From Thermodesulfovibrionales bacterium (GTDB lineage: Bacteria; Nitrospirota; Thermodesulfovibrionia; Thermodesulfovibrionales; CALJEL01): a stretch of 46,682 nt of DNA. The position numbers were made by a program, and so were the translations under genes. Positions 34,959-44,360 of the stretch are shown piece after piece. Where the stretch lies: the NCBI GenBank assembly GCA_046292975.1, contig JBKBPW010000001.1:1-46682 (forward strand), in the 5' to 3' direction. The stretch's first letter is position 1, and each line of letters starts with the position of its first letter. The notes below the pieces were generated by a model that had not been told where the DNA came from, made no database searches, and worked only from the letters and a program-made list of their open reading frames with translations.

Positions 34959-35762
34959 TTATGAAGCACTTTTATTTTTAATGCCATTATGAGCAGGGGA
35001 GATCAATTTATTATATTCTCTTTTTGCCTTTGAGGCCTCTTTTGAATTTGGAAATCTTGAGATAAGCTCCTTATAGGTGCCTTCTGCCTTTTCCTTTTCA
35101 TTAAGATTTATATAGGTCTTCCATAGAAGATAAAGGACCTCAGGCATATTCCTGTAATCAGGATAGTTTTTTATCAGGCCTTCAAACCTTCCCTCTGCAG
35201 CCTTGAATGATTCTTTTTTAAAGTAAAATTTGCCAACCATGAATTCATAGGCTGCCATCACATCCCTACATTTTTCTATTTTTATGTCAATAATATCCCT
35301 GTAGGGATTCCTTGGATACAATTTTTTTAATCTTTCAAATTCTTCAAGTGCTTTTTTTGCCTCACCAGCGCCCCTTTCAGGACCTTTTACATCCTGAAAA
35401 TAAATATTGGCAATCTGATACTGGGCATAGGGTGCATAGGGATGATCAGGAAACTCCCTTAAGAATTTCCTGTATTCCTCAATAGCAAGCTCTGATTCCT
35501 CTTCCTTTATATAGGACTCAGCAATCTTGAGCTGTGCCTTTGGTCCATAGTTCATGGTTGTATCCCTGTTCTTTATCTCAAGAAGCAGATTCCTTGCCTC
35601 CTGATACTCACCCTGATCTATCATTTTCTCTGCCTTTTTGAGCCATGCCTCGGGTTCAAAGGGCTCCTCTTTTTTTGGTGTAGAGGCACAGGCAGACCAG
35701 AGGAGGACAGAAGAGCAAAAGATTAAGAATAGATAATTAATAACCTTTTCACCCATTTTCAT
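34959..35762 (-). CDS. bamD: Outer membrane protein assembly factor BamD (TPR lipoprotein)
   Basis: 267 aa with the lipobox LLWSAC and BamD/YfiO-like TPR helices (YQIANIYF, KFYFKKESFKAAEGRF). Confidence 0.8.
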   Translation of the reverse strand: MKMGEKVINYLFLIFCSSVLLWSACASTPKKEEPFEPEAWLKKAEKMIDQGEYQEARNLLLEIKNRDTTMNYGPKAQLKIAESYIKEEESELAIEEYRKFLREFPDHPYAPYAQYQIANIYFQDVKGPERGAGEAKKALEEFERLKKLYPRNPYRDIIDIKIEKCRDVMAAYEFMVGKFYFKKESFKAAEGRFEGLIKNYPDYRNMPEVLYLLWKTYINLNEKEKAEGTYKELISRFPNSKEASKAKREYNKLISPAHNGIKNKSAS

Positions 35763-35828
35763 GGTTGACTATTATATCACAGGTAGAGCTTTATTCTGAA
35801 AAGGCTGTAAATTGCCGTGAAGCCTGTA

Positions 35829-36146
35829 TTATTCAGGTATCCATACCCTGTCTTTCTCAATTATATGAATAACCTTCCAGCCCTTTTTTCTCAGGGCCCT
35901 TGCAATCCATCTCCTGTGACATTTCCATGGGAATTTTTCAGCGCATACTATTGCCGATGAATACCTGATCCCGTCTGCCTTTAAAAAGGCCTCAAAACTT
36001 TCCTTTCTAAAATGGCTGAGCTTGCTTGTTGGAAACCTTCTTACATCAATCACGCATTCTATGCCATGGAAATTAAGTATCTCAATAAAATCCTCCTCTG
36101 ACCTTCTGTCAGTGCCAAGGGTATAGACGATTTTTTCCTTCTGCAT
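35829..36146 (-). CDS. DUF488 domain protein, unusually short (possible internal deletion)
   Basis: 105 aa. The N-terminal part reads IVYTLGTDRRSEEDFIEILNFHGIECVIDVRRFP and the C-terminal part reads IVCAEKFPWKCHRRWIA..L...GWKVIHI. The segment usually separating these two parts appears to be missing. Confidence 0.6.
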   Translation of the reverse strand: MQKEKIVYTLGTDRRSEEDFIEILNFHGIECVIDVRRFPTSKLSHFRKESFEAFLKADGIRYSSAIVCAEKFPWKCHRRWIARALRKKGWKVIHIIEKDRVWIPE

Positions 36147-36565
36147 TAATTATGATAACATCTCCAGTTATCAAATATAGAGCAGCAGCGCATTAGATCA
36201 GTAGAGTAGCATATTCCTTATAAAAACTACTGCTCTACTGGAATTTGCCGATAAAAGAATTAAAAACAGTAAGGCCTCCGTTTCATTATGTTTTTGGATG
36301 ATATAAAATATCACCCAATGGTGAAAACAAAAATCTCCAAAAAGGAGACAAAATATGATAACAAGATTTCTTACTATGCAAGATGGGGTTTCAGAGGGGG
36401 TAATAACACCTGCGGGCTGGGCTTGCAGTTTATTCGGGTTTTTGAGGTTTTCGGGGATAAAGGGAATGGTAAATTTAAAGGTCTCATAAAGACCATTTAA
36501 CGAATGAGATATAATATAATATTAAAAGGATTCGATAAGGCAACAAAGATAAAGCATAAAGCGAC

Positions 36566-37663
36566 GTGTTGAGTTCTAAAATGAAGAAGAAAAAGATTGC
36601 GATTCGCCAAAAGTCTTTAATTGCAGAGGCTGTTACTCCTTATACTGTCTATAATCTTTCTTTTGAAAATATGGTTAACAACATAGTGCAGGGCGACAAC
36701 TTAAGTATCCTACAATTGATACCTGACAACAGTATTAATCTGATAATTACTTCACCCCCTTATTTCAGGCAAAGAGATTATGGTAGTGGCATAGGTAATG
36801 AGAAAACAATTGAAGAATATGTGGAGAATTTGATTCACGTCTTTTCAGAATGTCTTCGTGTCTTGAAAAATGATGGAAGTATCGTATTTAACCTTGGAGA
36901 TAAATACATAGAAGGTAGCCTTCAGTTAATTCCATTCAGATTTGCGTTAGAGGTATTAAACACCTTCCCTGTAAAGCTTGTAAATAATATTACATGGGTA
37001 AAGCTTAACCCGACACCAAGACAGTATCGAAAAAGATTAGTCAGTAGTACCGAACCATTTTTCCATTTTGTAAAAAATGAAGGGTATTACTATAATCTTC
37101 CTGAATATATGGCCAGCAATGGAACTAAAAGTAAACGCGCCAATGGTAATAATATCGGAAAGAGATATTTTGATTTAATTGAAAACTCGGGTCTTACTCT
37201 GGAACAGAAAAAAATGGCACTATGTGAATTGCAGGAAGTAATAGAAGAGGTAAAAAGTGGAAAGATTGAAAGCTTTAGAATGAAGATAAAAGATATTCAT
37301 TCTGCTCCCTTTGGCGGACAAGACGGTGGTAGGAAATATCAACTCATGAAAAAGGGGTTCACTATTATAAAGATTAAAGGAGAACCCATAAAACGAGATG
37401 TTATAGAATGTGCAGTGGAAACTATAAAGGGATGCAAACATCCAGCTATTTATCCTCTTTATATAATAAAGGAACTGATACGATTGCTTTCTCGTCCCAA
37501 TGATATTGTTCTTGATCCATTTGTTGGAAGCGGAACCACTGCGGTTGCAGCGAAGGAGTTAAATAGAAGATACATCGGAATAGACATAAACAGGGAATAT
37601 TGTGAGTATGCGAAGAAAAGACTTGAGGAGACCGAGATAGAGAGTCCCCTGGAGCTTTTTTAA
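36566..37663 (+). CDS. Type II DNA methyltransferase, beta class (motif IV before motif I), probably N4-cytosine
   Basis: 365 aa with motif IV IITSPPYF early and motif I VLDPFVGSGTTAVAA near the C-terminus, preceded by HPAIYPLYIIKELI. SPPY favours m4C over m6A. The start is GTG 36566 or ATG 36581. Confidence 0.85.
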   Translation: MLSSKMKKKKIAIRQKSLIAEAVTPYTVYNLSFENMVNNIVQGDNLSILQLIPDNSINLIITSPPYFRQRDYGSGIGNEKTIEEYVENLIHVFSECLRVLKNDGSIVFNLGDKYIEGSLQLIPFRFALEVLNTFPVKLVNNITWVKLNPTPRQYRKRLVSSTEPFFHFVKNEGYYYNLPEYMASNGTKSKRANGNNIGKRYFDLIENSGLTLEQKKMALCELQEVIEEVKSGKIESFRMKIKDIHSAPFGGQDGGRKYQLMKKGFTIIKIKGEPIKRDVIECAVETIKGCKHPAIYPLYIIKELIRLLSRPNDIVLDPFVGSGTTAVAAKELNRRYIGIDINREYCEYAKKRLEETEIESPLELF

Positions 37664-38809
37664 ATGACAGAATATAAAGGCAAATTGCATTCAGAAATTC
37701 TTAAAAAGATATATCAAGATGCCTTAAAGATAGTTAATGAGGGAACATGTGATCAATTGTGTGCCAGTATAGAGGATGCTGATAGATTAAATCTTCAAAT
37801 AATTATAGATAACTGTGAAAGTAGTAAAGGAGTTTTAACAGTCCTTATAACAAGTCTTATTCATAAATTACATAATCCTGAACAGGATATAAGACGGCAT
37901 CAAGATAATATGGAGGGTGGATATTCTGGAAGAGTTATTGACACTAAATATGTAACCCCTTTTATGAAAGAGATGGGGTTCCCATCGATGGCGGAGAGTG
38001 GTTGGCTTACAAGGTCTTTAGAACAGAATTTGCCATATGACCTTAAATATCCCGGCAAAATAAAACCTGCAGAATTAAAATCTGCATTTTTATATTTACT
38101 TGACCAAATACAAAACCATAACAAATCTCCAGAGGCTTTTCTGCTTTTCTTATTTGCAAAACTGATAGAACATCGGGAACAGAAGAAGATTGAATTGGCA
38201 AAGCCTATAAACTTGCCAATATCAACGATTATAGATTACCTCAAACAACACTTCGAGTCAAAATACAATTCTAGGGGAGCAGCCCGGCTACCAACGCTGG
38301 CTATTTATGCGATATATCAATGCATGACTAAAGAGTTAAAAAGATTTAAAGGGAAGATATTGATGCCCTTAGAAGAACATACATCCTCTGATAAAAGCTC
38401 TGGCAGAGTTGGTGATGTGGAAGTTAGGCATCCTGATAACACTGTCTTTGAGGCGGTAGAGATTAAACATGGCATAGCGATTAATGCCCGACTTGTCAGA
38501 GATGCTTATGAAAAATTTGAAGCTCATCCAATACAAAGGTATTATCTATTGTCTACAACAGACATTAACCCGTCTGATATGGAAAACCTAACAAACGAAG
38601 TATTTAGAATACTAAAAATTCATGGTTGCCAAGTAATTGTAAATGGCATTTATCCATCATTAAAATATTATTTACGGCTCCTTCATAATACCTATGATTT
38701 CATTGATAACTATGTAGAGAATTTGAAAAATGATAAGACTATAAAGTATGAACATAAATTAAGATGGAATGATATTGTAAGTTTTCAAAGTTCACGAGGA
38801 TTGAAATGA
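37664..38809 (+). CDS. Putative type II restriction endonuclease (PD-(D/E)xK-like)
   Basis: 381 aa with no family recognised. A candidate catalytic motif is GDVEV...(11 aa)...EAVEIK. The ORF starts 1 nt after the methyltransferase stop (TAAATG). Confidence 0.55.
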   Translation: MTEYKGKLHSEILKKIYQDALKIVNEGTCDQLCASIEDADRLNLQIIIDNCESSKGVLTVLITSLIHKLHNPEQDIRRHQDNMEGGYSGRVIDTKYVTPFMKEMGFPSMAESGWLTRSLEQNLPYDLKYPGKIKPAELKSAFLYLLDQIQNHNKSPEAFLLFLFAKLIEHREQKKIELAKPINLPISTIIDYLKQHFESKYNSRGAARLPTLAIYAIYQCMTKELKRFKGKILMPLEEHTSSDKSSGRVGDVEVRHPDNTVFEAVEIKHGIAINARLVRDAYEKFEAHPIQRYYLLSTTDINPSDMENLTNEVFRILKIHGCQVIVNGIYPSLKYYLRLLHNTYDFIDNYVENLKNDKTIKYEHKLRWNDIVSFQSSRGLK

Positions 38810-38980
38810 ATACTACCGTTACTCTATTGCTTCCCTTAGTCTTTTAGCCATTTGTTTTGCTGCTTGGGGACTGTTTAAAGTGTAGGATGGCGATAGATTA
38901 CTCACTCTGCCGGCTCTCTGTAGCTTACCACTCATGTTTTGAATTTGAGTTTTCTCCTGCCTATCCTGTATTATTTATAT

Positions 38981-41900
38981 ATGCAAAGCCACGCAGATTA
39001 TGTCCCCCTTCATTTACATACAGAGTATAGTCTTCTTGATGGAGCCATTAAAATAGGTGAGCTCGTCAAGACCGCAGAGCAGTTCAGACTTCCTGCCCTA
39101 ACTATAACTGATCATGGTAACATCTTTGGAGCAATAGAATTTTACAGAAAGGTTTCAAAGGCAGGCATCAAGCCTATAATCGGCTGTGAGGTCTATGTTG
39201 CACCTGATAGCAGGTTTAATAAGAAAAAGGCTGACAATGAAGAGAACGCCTACCATCTGATACTCCTTGCCAGGGATATCTCAGGCTATAAAAATTTAAT
39301 GAGACTGGTAAGCCTCGGTCATATTGAGGGGTTTTATTACAAACCGAGGATTGACAATGACCTACTTGAGCAGTATTCAGGTGGTCTTATTGCCCTTTCA
39401 TCTTGCATGAAAGGCGAGATCCCCTCCCTTCTACTTAAGGGAGATACAGACGGAGCAAGGAGGAGGGCACTTTATTATAAGAATCTCTTTGGCCCTAATA
39501 ATTTCTTTCTTGAACTACAGGCAAACGGTATCCCGGAACAGGATGAATTGAATAAAAAGCTCTATGAGCTTGCCAGTGAGGTTCATCTCGGTGTAGTAGC
39601 AACAAATGACTGTCATTATTTGAGAAGAGAAGATGCAAAGGCCCATGAGATACTGCTCTGCATTCAAACAAATAAGACCCTAAAAGATCCTGACAGGATG
39701 AAGTTCCAGACAGATGAATTTTATTTTAAATCACCTGAAGAGATGAAAAAAGAATTCAGCTCTCTGCCTGAGGCAATAAAGAATACAGTACTTATAGCTG
39801 AAAGGTGTAATCTTACTCTTGAACTTGGTGGTGCGCTCCTGCCGGAATTTAAGACACCGGACGGTCTTACTCCTGAAGAGTATCTTGTGAGATTGGCTGA
39901 GGATGGACTTAAAAGGAGATTTTCAAAAAATGAAGTGCCAGACAATTACAGGTTGAGGCTTATAGAAGAACTCAAGATGATAAAAAAGATGGGTTATGCC
40001 TCTTATTTTTTGATAGTGTGGGATTTCATAAGATTTGCCAAAGAAAAAGGTATCCCTGTTGGTCCAGGCAGGGGTTCTGCTGCAGGTAGTCTCGTTGCCT
40101 GGGCACTTGGCATAACTGAGATTGACCCTATTAAATACAATCTCCTCTTTGAGAGGTTCCTTAATCCAGAGCGTGTAAGCATGCCTGATATAGATGTGGA
40201 TTTCTGCAGGGACAGGCGAGAAGAGGTAATCAGGTATGTACAGGAAAAGTATGGTAAGGACCGGGTAGCCCAGATAATCACCTTCGGGACAATGGCATCA
40301 AGGGCTGTAGTTCGGGATGTGGGCAGGGTTTGCGGTATCCCTTATCAGGAGGTTGATAAGATTGCAAAGCTTATACCCCAGAGTGTAACAAAGGAGATAG
40401 ATCTAAAGACAGCTATTGATATGACCCCTCCCCTGAAAGAGGCCTATGAAACAAATCCTCAGATAAGAGAGCTTCTTGATATAGCAATGAAACTTGAAGG
40501 CCTGGCAAGGCATGCCTCTGTTCATGCCGCTGGTGTTGTGATTGCACCTCAACCCTTAACAGAATATACAGCCCTTTACAAGGGTTCAAAGGGTGATGAG
40601 ACCATTACAACCCAGTTTGATCTTGAGTCCATAGAAAAGGTCGGGCTTCTTAAGTTTGATTTCCTCGGACTTGATACCCTTACCATAATTGATAAGACTC
40701 AGAAGTTAATAAAACAGAAAGAACCAGATTTTGACATTAACAATATCCCCCTTGATGACAGAGAGACTTACAGACTCCTCACCTCTGGAAGGACTGCCGG
40801 TGTCTTTCAGCTTGAAAGTTCTGGCATGAGGGAGCTGTTGATAAAGATGGAGCCTGACAGGTTTGATGACCTGATCGCCCTTGTTGCCCTTTACAGGCCA
40901 GGCCCTTTAGGCAGTGGTATGGTAGAGGATTTTATTAAGAGGAAGAAAGGGATTGTCCCTGTTAAATATGAATTACCTGAACTGAAGGATATACTTGAGG
41001 AGACTTATGGAGTGATACTCTACCAGGAACAGGTTATGAGGATCTCCAACAGGATAGCAGGCTTTACAATGGGTCAGGCAGATATCCTTAGAAGGGCTAT
41101 ATCAAAGAAGGATCCCCTTTTGATGGAGGAATTAAAGACAAAATTCATCAAGGGAGCTACAGGCCAGGGTTATCCAGAGGAAATAGCAAAAAGGCTTTTT
41201 GAACTGATTGAATATTTTGGTAATTATGGCTTTAATAAATCTCACTCAGCAGCCTATGCCCTTGTTGCCTATCAGACTGCCTATCTCAAGGCACATTATC
41301 CTGTTCAGTTCATGGCTGCCTCTTTAACAGCTGAGTCTGATAAGACTGAAAAGGTTCTGAGACTCATTAATGAGTGCAGGGATATGGGAATAGAGGTTCT
41401 TCCACCTGATATAAATAAAAGTGAGGAAGGATTTACTATTGATGGTAAGGCCATAAGATTCGGACTCAGGGCTGTTAAAGGAGTTGGTGATGCGGCAATT
41501 GAGCTTATCAAGGAACAGAGGAGCAAAAAACCTTTTGAGTCCTTTGAGGATTTTCTTAACAGAACAGTTGGAGCTGAGACTAACGGAATAGGAGATAGTT
41601 CAAGAAAGTTAAATAAAAAGGTGATAGAGGCACTTGTAAAGGCAGGTGCCTTTGATTCACTTGGTATTTCAAGAAGGGATGCCCTGAGGAGGCTTGAAAA
41701 GGCTCAATCTGTAGGGCCCCGTAGTGCCAGTTCTGTACAGCCAAGCATGTTTGAGATAACAGAAGTCAGAACTCAGAAATCAGAAAAGGGAATCCCGACC
41801 TCCGACCTCCGACCTCTGGCCTCTGACCTGAAAGACTGGGATGAGGCTCTCAAGCTTGCCTATGAAAAAGAGGCCCTCGGATTTTATATCACGGGTCATC

Positions 41901-42541
41901 CTGTAAAGCCTTTCAGGGAAATATTAAAGACCTTCGGGATAAAGAGCACAGAAGATTTAAAAACAGAAGTTAGAAATCAGCCTCAGGAGCTAAACGGAGA
42001 AAGAAAACCACAGGCCTCGGTTATAGCAGGACTTATCCTTGAACTTAAGAAACACAAGACCAAGGGAAAGAATGAATTGATGTCCTTTATTACACTGGAG
42101 GATGAAGAGGGCAGTATTGAGGTTATAGTCTTTCCAGAATTGTATAAGAAATCAATTGCATTACTTGAAAAGGGTTCAATGCTTGTTGTAAAAGGTAATG
42201 CTGACACTTCTGAAAAGGGCGTTAAGATAATAGCTGAGGATATACGGGATTTTGAAGATTTTATAAGAGAATCGCTGATTGGCTGTTCCAAAATTCAGCT
42301 GAGACTCAGCTCATCGCAATTTGAAAAGGAAAAACTCCTCATGTTAAAAGATATCCTGTCTAACTCACTAACTCACTTGAGTCTAACTCACTCTAATAGA
42401 GGTATTCCATTATATATTGACTTTATAATGCCTGACTGCACAGTCACAATTCAAAGCAGGTATTCCTTTGCACCTGATTATAGACTCCTAAAACAGGCAC
42501 AGGAGATAGTTGGTAAGAATAAACTGGAGGTGGTCCCTTGA
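38981..42541 (+). CDS. dnaE: DNA polymerase III alpha subunit
   Basis: The N-terminal PHP domain starts [16 protein letters not shown] directly after ATG 38981. The TTG at 38939 in the ORF track adds 14 unlikely residues. The polymerase core has [19 protein letters not shown] and PDIDVDF, followed by an HhH region, an internal clamp-binding-like QPSMFE and an OB fold. Confidence 0.95.
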   Translation: MQSHADYVPLHLHTEYSLLDGAIKIGELVKTAEQFRLPALTITDHGNIFGAIEFYRKVSKAGIKPIIGCEVYVAPDSRFNKKKADNEENAYHLILLARDISGYKNLMRLVSLGHIEGFYYKPRIDNDLLEQYSGGLIALSSCMKGEIPSLLLKGDTDGARRRALYYKNLFGPNNFFLELQANGIPEQDELNKKLYELASEVHLGVVATNDCHYLRREDAKAHEILLCIQTNKTLKDPDRMKFQTDEFYFKSPEEMKKEFSSLPEAIKNTVLIAERCNLTLELGGALLPEFKTPDGLTPEEYLVRLAEDGLKRRFSKNEVPDNYRLRLIEELKMIKKMGYASYFLIVWDFIRFAKEKGIPVGPGRGSAAGSLVAWALGITEIDPIKYNLLFERFLNPERVSMPDIDVDFCRDRREEVIRYVQEKYGKDRVAQIITFGTMASRAVVRDVGRVCGIPYQEVDKIAKLIPQSVTKEIDLKTAIDMTPPLKEAYETNPQIRELLDIAMKLEGLARHASVHAAGVVIAPQPLTEYTALYKGSKGDETITTQFDLESIEKVGLLKFDFLGLDTLTIIDKTQKLIKQKEPDFDINNIPLDDRETYRLLTSGRTAGVFQLESSGMRELLIKMEPDRFDDLIALVALYRPGPLGSGMVEDFIKRKKGIVPVKYELPELKDILEETYGVILYQEQVMRISNRIAGFTMGQADILRRAISKKDPLLMEELKTKFIKGATGQGYPEEIAKRLFELIEYFGNYGFNKSHSAAYALVAYQTAYLKAHYPVQFMAASLTAESDKTEKVLRLINECRDMGIEVLPPDINKSEEGFTIDGKAIRFGLRAVKGVGDAAIELIKEQRSKKPFESFEDFLNRTVGAETNGIGDSSRKLNKKVIEALVKAGAFDSLGISRRDALRRLEKAQSVGPRSASSVQPSMFEITEVRTQKSEKGIPTSDLRPLASDLKDWDEALKLAYEKEALGFYITGHPVKPFREILKTFGIKSTEDLKTEVRNQPQELNGERKPQASVIAGLILELKKHKTKGKNELMSFITLEDEEGSIEVIVFPELYKKSIALLEKGSMLVVKGNADTSEKGVKIIAEDIRDFEDFIRESLIGCSKIQLRLSSSQFEKEKLLMLKDILSNSLTHLSLTHSNRGIPLYIDFIMPDCTVTIQSRYSFAPDYRLLKQAQEIVGKNKLEVVP

Positions 42542-43572
42542 GCTATTATTTTGATTTTGAAAAAGCGATTCAGGAGCTTGAAATGAAGATAGAGGAACTC
42601 AGGGTATTTTCTGATGGAAGGGATATTGATCTAAGTAGAGAACTGGCTGAGCTTGAAAAAAAGGCAGAAAAATTAAGAAAGGAGATCTATTCTAACCTCA
42701 CACCCTGGCAGAAGACACTTATTGCAAGGCATCCAGAGAGACCCTATACCCTTGATTATATAAATCTAATTACAAAGGACTTTATTGAGCTGCATGGTGA
42801 CAGGTTATTTGGAGATGACCCTGCTATAGTGGGTGGTCCCTGTTTTATAGGTGACAGTCCTGTGATGATCATAGGCCATCAAAAGGGAAGGGGAACAAAA
42901 GAGCGGATACAGAGGAATTTCGGTCAACCCCATCCTGAGGGCTACAGGAAGGCCCTGAGACTGATGAGGCTTGCTGAGAGGTTTAAGATCCCTATTGTAA
43001 CCTTTATTGATACACCTGGTGCCTACCCCGGCATAGGAGCTGAAGAGAGGGGCCAGGCAGAGGCAATAGCAATGAACCTCATGACTATGTCAAGGCTGAA
43101 GGTCCCTATAGTGACAGTGGTTATAGGTGAGGGTGGAAGTGGAGGCGCCCTTGCCCTGAGTGTGGCTGACAGGATATATATGCTTGAAAATTCAGTATAT
43201 TCTGTTATATCCCCTGAAGGCTGCGCTGCTATATTATGGAAAAAGGGAGGGTCTCCTAAGGATCGTCAGGTTGCCGGAGGTGATGGTGAGCTTACGCAGG
43301 AAGACTATGCAAGGGCTGCTGAGGCCCTGAAGCTCACTGCCCAGGACCTGTTGATGGCTAAGATAATTGATGGAATTATTCCCGAACCACTTGGAGGTGC
43401 TCACAGGGATATAAAGGCAGTAGCCTCAGAGATAGAAAAGGTAATAATATCCTCAATTCAGGAACTTTCCCAGAAACCAGTGAACAGACTCCTTGAGGAA
43501 AGGTATAAAAAATTTAGAAAAATCGGGTTCTTTCTGGAAAACGGGGGTCAGAGATCGGTATCTGGTTCCTGA
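42538..43572 (+). CDS. accA: Acetyl-CoA carboxylase carboxyltransferase subunit alpha
   Basis: 344 aa with a TTG start overlapping the dnaE stop (TTGA) and a GGAGG RBS. Motifs are [17 protein letters not shown] and [10 protein letters not shown]. Confidence 0.9.
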   Translation: MSYYFDFEKAIQELEMKIEELRVFSDGRDIDLSRELAELEKKAEKLRKEIYSNLTPWQKTLIARHPERPYTLDYINLITKDFIELHGDRLFGDDPAIVGGPCFIGDSPVMIIGHQKGRGTKERIQRNFGQPHPEGYRKALRLMRLAERFKIPIVTFIDTPGAYPGIGAEERGQAEAIAMNLMTMSRLKVPIVTVVIGEGGSGGALALSVADRIYMLENSVYSVISPEGCAAILWKKGGSPKDRQVAGGDGELTQEDYARAAEALKLTAQDLLMAKIIDGIIPEPLGGAHRDIKAVASEIEKVIISSIQELSQKPVNRLLEERYKKFRKIGFFLENGGQRSVSGS

Positions 43573-43627
43573 GATATTTTAAGTTAAATTAATAAGCACA
43601 ATTTATTGTTTGATTAAAAAAAAGAAT

Positions 43628-43656
43628 TTGACTTAACCGAGCCAGAGTCTTATAGT
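43628..43656 (+). promoter_or_regulatory. Candidate sigma70-type promoter TTGACT-N17-TATAGT upstream of adk
   Basis: Near-consensus hexamers with a 17-nt spacer, counted by hand, lie 46 nt upstream of ATG 43703. Confidence 0.4.
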
Positions 43657-43702
43657 AGATTGATTTTTAATCCTGTTTTTAATTTTAAAGATGGAGGAAA
43701 TC

Positions 43703-44353
43703 ATGAGGCTTGTCTTATTAGGTGCACCAGGTGCTGGTAAAGGAACACAGGCAAAAAAACTTATTGAAAAATATTCTATCCCTCAGATCTCCACAGGAGA
43801 TATCCTCAGAAAGGCTGTAGCAGATGGAACCCCCCTTGGAAAAGAAGCAAAATCTTATATGGACAAAGGAGAGCTCGTGCCTGATAGTGTTGTAATAGGT
43901 ATCATTAGGGAAAGGTTGAAAGAGAATGACTGTAAAAAGGGATATATCCTTGATGGATTTCCAAGGAATGTTGCCCAGGCAAAGGCACTTGATGAGATGC
44001 TCAGCTCCCTTAATTCTCCGCTTGACTTTGCTATAAGCATAGATGTCTCCTTTGATGAACTCATGAAAAGACTTACAGGAAGAAGGACCTGCAAAAATTG
44101 TGGTCAGATGTATAATATCTATTTTACCCCCCCAAAAAACAACGGTGTCTGTGATAAATGCGGTGGAGAACTTTATCAGAGGGATGATGATAAAGAAGAA
44201 ACGATTCGTAAAAGACTTGAGGTCTATGAGGCACAGACTGCACCTGTTATTGATTATTACAAACAAAAGGGGATACTTAAGTCTGTTCCTGGAACAGGCA
44301 GCATTGATGATATATTCAATAAAATAATCTCAATCTTAGAGAAAAGGGGGTAA
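43703..44353 (+). CDS. adk: Adenylate kinase (zinc-lid type)
   Basis: MRLVLLGAPGAGKGTQA follows a GGAGGA RBS. The lid has CKNCG...CDKCGG. The ORF-track start at 43691 adds 4 residues. Confidence 0.95.
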   Translation: MRLVLLGAPGAGKGTQAKKLIEKYSIPQISTGDILRKAVADGTPLGKEAKSYMDKGELVPDSVVIGIIRERLKENDCKKGYILDGFPRNVAQAKALDEMLSSLNSPLDFAISIDVSFDELMKRLTGRRTCKNCGQMYNIYFTPPKNNGVCDKCGGELYQRDDDKEETIRKRLEVYEAQTAPVIDYYKQKGILKSVPGTGSIDDIFNKIISILEKRG

Positions 44354-44360
44354 AAAACCT

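Noticed and set aside
36288-36500. 70-aa ORF between DUF488 and the methyltransferase
   Set aside because: It has no RBS and no recognisable motif, and the peptide is Gly/Lys-rich and odd. It could be a small controller-like gene, but I see no helix-turn-helix, so I left it uncalled.
38819-38935. 38-codon minus-strand ORF (MSGKLQRAGRVSNLSPSYTLNSPQAAKQMAKRLREAIE) between the nuclease gene and dnaE
   Set aside because: It has no Shine-Dalgarno and is too short to evaluate. It may be a gene remnant left at the edge of the R-M insertion.
38939-38980. TTG-initiated 14-residue N-terminal extension of DnaE given in the ORF track
   Set aside because: The PHP domain motif starts right after ATG 38981, and the extension (MNLSFLLPILYYLY) looks like translated promoter DNA.
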